64,000 nucleotides of DNA from Stegostoma tigrinum (lineage: Eukaryota). Below, in pieces: positions 52,638-62,429 of this stretch. The translations under genes were made by a program, and so were the position numbers. The stretch lies in contig NC_081366.1 in assembly GCF_030684315.1 (NCBI RefSeq), positions 18,605,410 through 18,669,409 of the forward strand, read 5' to 3'. A model generated the notes under the pieces. It did not search any database. It was not told where the DNA came from and was given only the letters and a program-made list of their open reading frames with translations. The first letter of the stretch is position 1. The number at the start of each line of letters is the position of its first letter.

Positions 52638-55520
52638 TTTTTTTTATTCATTTGTGTGAAGTGGATATCGCTATCTGGCCAGCATTTCTTGCCCATCCCT
52701 AGTTGCCCATTGAGAAAATGGTGGTGAGCTGCTTTTTTGAACTGCTGTAGTCCCCTAGCTGTGGGTTGATCCACAATGCCATTAGAGAGGGAATTCCAGG
52801 ATTTTGACCCAGCGGCAATGAATGAAGAGCGAGAGATTTCAAAGTCAGGATAGTGAGTCACTTGGAGGGGAACTTGAAGGCACTGGTGTTCCCTTATGTC
52901 TGCTGCCCTTATCCTTCCAGATGGAAGTGGTCGTGGGTTTGGAAGGTGCTGTCTGAAGACCTTTGCTGAATTTCTGCAGTGCATCTTGTAGATAGTACTC
53001 ACTGCTGCTCTTATTGGTGGTAGCCTGGCAATTGTGAGAGGCGATTGTCACTTGGCATTTGTCAGCCCAAGCCTGGATATTCTCCAGATCCTGGTACATT
53101 TGAATACTGATTGCTTCACCATCTGAGGAGTCACGAACAGTGTGGAAAATTATTCAATCATCGGCAAACATCCCCACTTCTGACCTTATGGTGGAGGGAA
53201 GATCATTGATGAAGCATCTGAAGATAGTTGGGCCGAGGAGACTACTCTGGGGAACACCTGCAGAGATGTCCTACATCTGAGATGATTGACCTCCAACAGC
53301 CTTGTATCAGGATCAGGCTTCCTATGTGTCAGGCAAGTCTCTAACCAGCAGACAGTTTGCCCCCAATACCCATTGATTCCAGTTTTGCTTGGACTCCTTA
53401 ATGCCACACTTGGTTGAATGCAGATTTGATGTCAAGGGCTGTCACTATCATCTCACCTCTGGGATTCAGCTCTTTTGTCCAAGTTTGAACCAAGGCTGTA
53501 ATGAAGTTAGGAACTGAATGACCCTGACAGAACCCAAACTGGGCATCACTGACCAAGTTATTCTGAGCAGGTGCTGCTTGAAAGCACTGTTGATGACACC
53601 TTCCATCACTTTACTGGTGATTGAGAGGAGGCGAATGGGGTGGTAATTGGCCAGGTTGGATTTGTTATGCTTTTTGTATCCAGGACATGCTTGGGCAATT
53701 TTCCATAATGTTGGCCAGATGCCAACGTTGTAACTGTACTGGAACAGCTTGGATAGGGAAGTGGCAAGTTCAGGAGCAAGTTCAAGTTTTCAGTGCTATT
53801 GCCAGAATGTTGTCAGGGCCCATAGCCTCTGTAGCATCCAGTGTCTCCAACTATTTCTTAACATCATATGGAGTGAATCAAACTAGCTGAACACTGTAAT
53901 GTTGGGACCTACCGGAGGAGGCCAAGAAGGATAATCCACTCAGCATTTCTGGCTAAAAAGATTACTACAAATGCTTTAACCTTGTCATTTACACTGATGT
54001 GCTGGGCTCTTCCATCTTTGAAGATGGACATATTTGCGGAGGCTCTTCCTCCAGTGAGTTGTTTAATTGCCCATCACCATTCACGACTGGATGTGGCAGG
54101 AGTGCAGAGCTTAGATCTGATCTGTTAGTTGTGGGATCACTTAGCTCTGTATATATCTTGCTGGTTTTGCTGTTTGGTGTGCAAGTAGTCCGGTTTGGTG
54201 ACTTCACCAGGTTGACACCTCATCTTCAGGTACAGCTGGTGCTGCTCCTGGCAAACCCTCCTGCACTCTCCATTGAATCAGGATTGATCCCCTGACTTGA
54301 TGGTAGTGGTTAAGTGGGGAATATGCTGGGCCATGAGGTTACAGATTGCGCTGGAGTACTATTCTGCTGCTGCTGGTGGTTCACGGTGCCTCATTGTTGC
54401 CCAGTCTTGAGTTGCTAGATCTATGTGAAGTCTGTTCCATTTAGTATGGAGATAATGCCACACAACACAATGGAAGTTATTTTCAATGAGAAGGCAGAGC
54501 TTCGTCTTCACAGGGACTGTGCAATGGTCAGTCTTACTGATACTGTCAGAAACAGATGCATCTGCACCCGGCAGATTGGTAAGATTTTCCCTCTTGTTGG
54601 TTCCCTCACCACCTGCTGCAGTCTCAGTCTAGCAACAACCAGCTTGATCAGTAGTACAACTGCCGAGAAGCTTGGTGAAGGACATTGAAATTCCCCACAC
54701 AGAGCACATTTTGTGCTCTTGCCATCCTCTGTGCTGCCTCCAAGTGTTATTCAACATAGAGGAGAACCAATTCACCAGCTGAGGGAGGACTGTATGTGGT
54801 AATCAGCAGGAGGTTTCCTTGCCTGTGTTTAACCTGATGCCCTGAGGCTTCATGGGGTCTGAAGTCAATATTGAGGACTTCCAAAGCAGCTCCCTCCTAA
54901 CTGTATTACCACTGTGCCACCACCTCTGCTGGGTCTGTCCTACCAGTGAGACAGGACATATCCAGGGACAGAGATGGTGGCAACATTGTCTGTAAGATAT
55001 GATTCTGTGAGTATGACAATGTCAGGCTGTTGCTTGAGTAGTCTATGAGACAGTTCTCCCAATTTTGGCACTAGCCTCCAGATATTAGTGAGGAGGACTT
55101 TGCATGGTTGACAGGTCTGTTTCTGCCTTTGGTTTTTGCCAACGCCTAGGTCAATGCCAGGTGATCAGTATGGTTTCATTTCTTTGAGACTTTGTAGCAA
55201 TTGGTACAAGTCAATGGCATGCTAGACCATTTCAGAGAAAAAATGGGAGTCAACCACATTGCTGTGAGTTTGAAGTCACATGTAGGCCAGTCTAGGTGAG
55301 GATTGTAGATTTAATTCTCTAAAGGGCATTAGTGAAACAGATGGGTTTTTCTGACAATCGGCACTGATTTTATGATAATCAGTGGATTCTTAATTCTAGA
55401 CTTGTCTTATTGAATTCCAATTCCATCATTTGCCGTGGTGGGATTCGAACCCAGGTCCCCAGAACATTAGCTGGATTACTGGACTAATAGTCCAACGATA
55501 ATACCACCAGGCCATTGCCT
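52638..55520 (-). mobile_element. Decayed APE-RT LINE (CR1/L2/Jockey group) with a tRNA-like 5' head
   Basis: Minus strand: G.FNV (54690), ALDIKSAFNQVWH (53440-53402), GVPQSSLLGP (53260-53230), FADD (53168-53157); head with A box tggcctggtgg and B box ggttcgaatcc. Confidence 0.85.
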
Positions 55521-55659
55521 ACCTTCATACAGGTAAACATGAACAGGCCGTTGCCTCAACAGACTTTAGATTCCAGAAACCACCATAATGTGCACAAACC
55601 TCCAAGACTAACCCAACAACAAAGTCTAATTCTTGCCAATTGCAGATCCTCAATTTTAT

Positions 55660-55900
55660 TATTTCATTATCGGTAGCTATGCCTTCAATTGCCTCGTACC
55701 TACATCCTAGAATTCTGTTCCAAAACCTCTCCAATCTTCAAGCTCACTTTCATGTTTTTAAGACAATTCTTAAAACCTACCTCCACAAGCTTTCAGCCAC
55801 CTGTGCTAGTATCTCTTCAGTGTCAAATTTTGTTTGTTATCACTCCCATATAACAACAACAGCATTTTACCACAATAAAGATGCAAGATTTCATTGCAAA
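55660..55900 (+). mobile_element. L2-type LINE 3' end remnant
   Basis: gccttcaattgc...tagaattct.ttcc...tttaagaca.ttcttaaaacctacctc (AF...WN.LP...FK..LKTYL). Confidence 0.55.
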
Positions 55901-56666
55901 GCCATACCTCAGTCACATATATGGGCGGTTCAATACATGTGTGAGTTGAGGCATACCAATTTTCATTATGCAAACCCCACCTATTCTTTGCCTAAGACAT
56001 GGAAAATATCATGATCTGAGTTCTCCATGCCCTCAATAAACTACCTCTCAATAGACATCGGCCTTGAGGAAGTGAGTTCCAGAGTTTCTGGATAACATGG
56101 ATCGATAGACCAAGAAAGTGCCTAAAGTGGACTTTATATCTTCCATGCTATTGAGGTGTCATCCTATTAACATTGCAAGCCGAGGTCAACAGGAAGTAGA
56201 AGAGCTGTGGAAACCCAGCATGGCAACTCTAAGTGTAAGTCAATTGGAATTTGAACACAGTCCACATCTATCAATTGTTCATTTGATGATTCATACATGA
56301 CACAAGTCAAATATGCTCCAAAGTATAGTGCAGTGTTGCCCATGAGACTCCATAAGTTGAAGATGAATCTCCTGGAGAGCTGCTGCAAATAACACATGGA
56401 AACAAAATTACAGGGGCATGTTTATTCAATTTCTTTGAGTGACACAACTATTTGAAATGGGAAAAAGGCTGTTTTACTGATTGGAGAACTTGAAGACAGG
56501 AAATCATATGGTGAAATCTCCCAGATGGCATTTACCTGGAATTTGTAACATGTGCATTTTATTGTGATGCATAAAACTATTTCCGGATACACAATGATAC
56601 GCTGTCAGGGCAGGTGGAACTTGAATCCAGACTCCCTGGCCCAGAAGTGGGAATGCTGCCTCTGTG

Positions 56667-56856
56667 AGGTAGTAAGAACGGCTGATGCTGGAGTCAAAGA
56701 TAACACAGTGTGGAGTTGGAGGAACACAGCAGGCCAGGCAGTATCAGAGGAGCAGGAAAGGTGATGTTTGGGTTGGGACCCTTTTTCAGAAATGCCAGCT
56801 TTTCTGTCCCTCTGATGCTGCCTGGCCTGCTGTGTTCCTCCTGCTCCACGCTGTAT
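56667..56856. mobile_element. Fold-back pLTR element (older subfamily), 14-bp TSD
   Basis: Inverted arms; atgctgcctctgtg at 56653-56666 and 56857-56870. Confidence 0.9.
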
Positions 56857-57254
56857 ATGCTGCCTCTGTGCCTTTTTAAAAAAAAATGGTTGAATTCAAT
56901 TGCTATTAGTTGCCCTGGTGGGATTTGAACACTTGTCTCAGAGAATTAGCCTGGGTCATGACACTGTCAGCCCAGTTACATCACCACTATGCCACAATTT
57001 TCGTCCAAATTGTAACCTGTGCATGGTGGCTTCACGAGAAGCATTGTGTCTGGAAAGATCCCCATCAAATGCTGCAGTACTGGATTTCCAGCACAAGAGT
57101 CCCTCAGTGAGCTACAGGAAGTGCAGTTCTTCCAGTGGCAGAAAGCTGGTACTGCGTGGTTCAACAAATGACATAGCTCCACAGTTTTACATTGTTACAT
57201 TGCTTGAACCAAGTTTCTCTATTCTGGCCAGAAAGATTAACCTTGTCATTTTAA

Positions 57255-57934
57255 AAGATGGCGACAGTGGAGTAGGCACTGTCTAGACTCTGAGCCTGGA
57301 GCTCATCCACACTCCCCTTTTTTTTCTTTTCATTCTTCTTTTCTCAAATTTTGTTTTAGTTTTGCTTATTTACCTTTATTACTTACTTTCTGGAGAGAGC
57401 TTGGCGTGGAGTTGCCAGCATCTGGCTCTGGAGCGTTACATTGGCGTGGGGCCCAGAGTGGGACTTTGGCACTCGGCAGTATGGCGGCTGGTGAACCGGG
57501 TGGAACTCTAGCGGTTAACGGCATTGTGACATTGTTCAGGTGCAGAGTGGTCATCTGTGAGGCAGCTGGCGAGCCTGGGCAGTACTCTGGCTGCCTGCGG
57601 TGATACAGCAATGTGGAGGAGATCGAGCCCAGTGCCAGGGACAGAATGTGCCCAGTGTGGTGGAAAGATTGAGCCCCGGGAGGTGGAAAGATTGAGTCCT
57701 CGGGGAGAACGAGCCCTTGTGGGGAAAGCCTGGCATTGAGTGTCTGCAGACCCTTGGCTAAAGAAGGACTGCAATGCTGAACTTTTAACTTTATTTCTCT
57801 ACTTTGTACCTAAGATTTTATACCAAGGCAATTTTGTACCTAAGATATGCCAGAAATGGCGACTTCATACATATTTCACTGCGCTCCTGCAGTCCTGCAC
57901 TTCAGTACACATGACAAATAAATCTAATTCTAAT
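57255..57934 (+). mobile_element. Apparently complete ~680-bp non-autonomous non-LTR element
   Basis: Starts aagatggcg (YY1-type motif); GC-rich core; ends gtacacatgacaaataaatctaattctaat. Confidence 0.65.
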
Positions 57935-58200
57935 TTTGAGACAATGATGTTTGCAGGGAAGCACAGACTTTTACATTGTTACAGAATAAAAGCAGCAGCA
58001 ACTTAGTTGATTGCAAATTTCATTGTTGTTTTGAGATTGAGGTTGAGGTTTCATTAAGTGTTTCCCTTGAGTTGTCCACCTCTCCTTTGGTGAACGAGTA
58101 TAGATATCGTATGCTCCAATCTTTTCCCTATGATCTCACCAGAGCGATGGCTGAATTTCACATCCCCATAAAAAACAGTGTCCCCTTGTTATTTTTTGTA

Positions 58201-58306
58201 AAAAGAAAGAATTTGCATTTATATAATTCCTTTTACAACCTCAGGGTATTCCAATGTGCTTTATAGCCAATTAAGTACCTTTGAAATGTAGTCACTCTTG
58301 TAATAT
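58201..58306 (-). mobile_element. SacSINE1-like SINE 3' end
   Basis: Minus strand gtgactacatttcaaaggtacttaattggctataaagc...gaggttgtaaaagg..ttatataaatgcaaattctttctttt. Confidence 0.75.
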
Positions 58307-60481
58307 ACTATAAATGAAACTTGCTAAATTGCTCGTAAAATAACTTGTAATTCCAAGTTAATAAATTGCCTCCTTCCTTAAATTGACTTGTTCTGTGAAT
58401 TAAAAAAAAACAGCTGTGATATTGGTTAAATGCAATCATAGAAATCCTGAATCCAAGTCTGAAAACTGTATCTGACTTCAAACATTAGAATTAGACCAAC
58501 ATTTTGCAGTCAGCATTGGGGTTGAATCTGCAGCATACATGAGTTGATATCTAGCTGACCAACATAACTACGGTAGAAAGTTATGATTTATGGTATTGAG
58601 TTTGCCTCCAGCATAAAATAAACTGATTCACCTGAACAAGCTGAATTCAGGGAATGTAGTCTTGTGAAATTCAGCAGGTTGGATAGTGAGCCTTTTGGCA
58701 GTTCTTAATTTGAGTCTTCTTGCTACAGACTGAATCTGCCTTAGCCTAGGCCATTTTGGGAAAATTGCAGGGACAAATGGTCTCAGAATTACATGCAGTT
58801 GTGTGTTACATGGGATTGGGTTCAGAGATATTCCACAAAGTACTTTAGTTTGGCTGCTCAGTTTATTTTTCAAATATATTGTAGGGTCAGGTGAGAAGAA
58901 CTGTCCCAACTTGCCTTTTTGAGAAACTGCAGGAACTTTCAGCATTCACTGATAAAAGGCCATTTAGTCCCCTGCAGAGTGTCACAAAGCCCTGACTGTG
59001 CTCTTAGTTCACTGCCTTCGATGGGGAGGTTCTGACTACTTTGCTTTCTACTGCAATTTACTTTGACTTTTGGAGCACTCCAAAGGTGCATTATTTACAA
59101 TACAGCAAAGCACTTTCCCTTGCTTGATTTTGAATTAATTGGAGCAGCAAACCTGAAGTTTAGAACTCCTTAATTAGGCTTCTAGTGGATAATACCACTG
59201 AATCAAAATATTATACTCTTAGTGATGGATTCAAGAAATATTCATTCCAAAATAAAAAAAAGAAATTTGCTTTTACTCATTTATTATTATTGAATCTTCT
59301 CCACTTGAATTTATTCCTCCTTTTAAACAAAATTTCATTCTCCAGTACAGCCTAGTCTTATTCTCAAAATATTAGGTCCCTGAAGACTTATCACTTTAAT
59401 CCAATGTTTTAACCAGGGATATATCCCACTTTTGGGAAAAGGGACCCAGGTTTTAGCCCAAGTTAAAACACAGGTTATTGGTCGTAAGATTAGAATGGAC
59501 AAAGATTTTAAAATACTAAATTACTTCCAAACCCAGCCAACAGAGACATACAACGCATCATCCTCTGACACTTCCGCCATCTACAATCTGACCCCACCAC
59601 CCAAGACATTTTTCCATCCCCACCCCTGTCTGCTTTCCGGAGAGACCACTCTCTCCGTGACTCCCTTGTTCGCTCCTCACTGCCCTCCAACCCCACCACA
59701 CCCGGCACCTTCCCCTGCAACCGCAGGAAATGCTACACTTGCCCCCACACCTCCTCCCTCACCCCTATCCCAGGCCCCAAGATGACTTTCCACATTAAGC
59801 AGAGGTTCACCTGCACATCTGCCAATGTGGTATACTGCATCCATTGTACCTGGTGTGGCTTCCTCTACATTGGGGAAACCAAGTGGAGGCTTGCGGACCA
59901 CTTTGCAGAACACCTCCGCTCGGTTCGCAATAAACAACTGCACCTCCCAGTCGCAAACCATTTCCACTCCCCCTCCCATTCTTTAAATGACATGTCCATC
60001 ATGGGCTCCTGCAGTGCCACAATGATGCCACCCGAAGGTTGCAGGAACAGCAACTCATATTCCGCTTGGGAACCCTGCAGCCCAATGGTATCAATGTGGA
60101 CTTCACCAGCTTCAAAATCTCCCCTTCCCCTACCGCATTCCAAAACCAGCCCAGATCGTCCCCTCCCCCCACTGCACCACGCAACCAGCCCAGCTCTTCC
60201 CCTCCACCCACTGCATCCCAAAACCAGTCCAACCTGTCTCTGCCTCCCTAACCGGTTCTTCCTCTCACCCATCTCTTCCTCCCACCCCAAGCCACACCTC
60301 CATCTCCTACCTACTAACCTCATCCCACCTCCTTGACCTGTCCGTCTTCCCTGGACTGACCTATCCCCTCCCTACCTCCGCACCTATACTCTCCTCTCCA
60401 CCTATCTTCTTTTCTCTCCATCTTCGGTCTGCCTCCCCCTCTCTCCCTATTTGTTCCAGAACCCTCACCCCATCCCCCTCT

Positions 60482-60509
60482 CTGATGAAGGGTCTAGGCC
60501 CGAAACGTC
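60482..60509 (+). ncRNA. Minimal type I hammerhead ribozyme core, intact
   Basis: CTGATGA-A-GGGTCTAGGCCC-GAAA-CGTC; predicted cut after C60509; palindromic ACGT in place of stem III, as known for PLE hammerheads; stem I is weak (2 bp visible). Confidence 0.75.
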
Positions 60510-62217
60510 AGCTTTTGTGCTCCTGAGATGCTGCTTGGCCTGCTGTGTTCATCCAGCCTCACATTTCATTATCTTGGATTCTCCAGCATCTGCAGTTCCT
60601 ATTATCACTGATACAATTTTAACCTCACTGCGAAGCCTCTTCCAGGGATACCTAACCTGAAGAAGTTACCCTCCTCCCTCCGGACCAACCTCAGGGAATC
60701 TCTCTCTCATTGCAACTCTCTTGTAATCTCTTCGGCCTTGAAACTGCTCGACCATGTCCTGAAGCAAACCAGGTACCACGGCCACATCACCTTCCTCAGC
60801 ACCTGCCTACAGAACCGGATCATCCCCAATGGACTACAGTCTACATTTCAGCCTTCCCAATTTGGCACCAACCGTGACCACCTCTACACCCAGAATATTC
60901 AGACCCTTCAGAAGCGTTTCTCCCTGCGAGCCCTGAAACAGACACTCGCAGCCATGCGCCGGCACCTCCACACACTGCAATCCAGACTGCCCCAGCTCAG
61001 AGCCTCCCTCTCCCAGACCTGCAAAGGACCCCTGCTGTTTTTTATCCTCCGCAGGATCCACAGACTGATCACCCAGTTTCACTCAGCTTTACTGGACACC
61101 AAAAATCGTAAGTACAACAAACTCACTGGCCCCTGCCACCCACAAGAGGATTCCTGCGCCTCCCAAATCCCGAGTCTGTCCCTGCCCCTCCCCGACCATG
61201 CACCCGCCGCCATTGACCATGAGGACACAGCCGGAGACCCCACCGATGACGTCACATCCGCCTCCCCCGGCCACACCACTTCCGGGACCACTGCTGCAGT
61301 CACTACCTCCACTTCCAGGTACAACACCTCACACACCACCCTCACCGCAGCTGCTGCCGCCCACCCCGATACTCCAACCGCCGACGCAACCCCGCCCACA
61401 GCCGAAGCCGACGGAACCCCGCCCATGGCCGACAACCTCATCGCTCCGCCCACAACCTCCACAGCCAGCAACCCCAGAGAAGACAGCCACACTGAACCCT
61501 GCCGCATCTTCACCATCCCCCCAGACCTCTCACTGACTGAGGACGAACGGTCAGTCCTTAGTAAGGGGCTCACCTTTGCCCCCCATAACCACACATCAAT
61601 GAATACCAGTCACGTTTGGACATAGAACGGTTTTTCCGCCGCCTTCACCTCCACGCCTACTTTTTCAACCGGGAGCCTAACTGTCCCTCCACTGACCCCT
61701 TCACCCACTTCCAACACAAGTCCTCCTCCTGGACACCACCCCCAGGCCTCCTACCTTCCCTCGACCTCTTCATCTCTAACTGCCATCGAGACATTAACCG
61801 CCTCAACCTCTCCACCCCTCTCACCCACTCCAACCTCTCCCCCGCAGAACGGGCAGCCCTCCGCTCCCTCCGCTCCAACCCCAACCTCACCATCAAACCC
61901 GCAGACAAGGGTGGCGCAGTGGTAGTATGGCGCACTGACCTCTACATCGCCGAGGCCAAGCGCCAACTCTCCGACACCACCTCCTACCGCCCCCTCGATC
62001 ATGACCCCACACACGAGCACCAAACCATCATCTCCAACACCATTCATGACCTCATCACCTCAGGGGACCTCCCACCCACAACCTCCAACCTCATTGGTCC
62101 CCAACACCGCACGGCCCATTTCTATCTCCTTCCCAAAATCCACAAACCTGCCTGCCCTGGTTGACCCATCATCTCAGCCTGCTCCTGCACCACCGAACTC
62201 ATCTCCACCTAACAGGA

Positions 62218-62429
62218 GATAATGGGAACTGCAGATGCTGGAGATTCCAAGATAATAAAATGTGAGGCTGGATGAACACAGCAGGCCAAGCAGCATCTCA
62301 GGAGCACAAAAGCTGACGTTTCGGGCCTAGACCCTTCATCTGATGAAGGGTCTAGGCCCGAAACGTCAGCTTTTGTGCTCCTGAGATGCTGCTTGGCCTG
62401 CTGTGTTCATCCAGCCTCACATTTTATTA
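62218..62429. mobile_element. Very young fold-back pLTR element inserted in the PLE RT, 14-bp TSD
   Basis: Perfect 89-bp arms 62252-62340 and 62342-62430; tccacctaacagga at 62204-62217 and 62430-62443. Confidence 0.97.
62340..62367 (+). ncRNA. Intact hammerhead core at the apex of the fold-back
   Basis: ctgatgaagggtctaggcccgaaacgtc, identical to 60482-60509. Confidence 0.65.

Noticed and set aside
58628-58945. 105-aa minus-strand ORF
   Set aside because: No recognisable motif; length compatible with chance
61079-61594. 171-aa antisense ORF and other overlapping ORFs in PLE copies
   Set aside because: Shadow ORFs from C-rich, stop-poor composition
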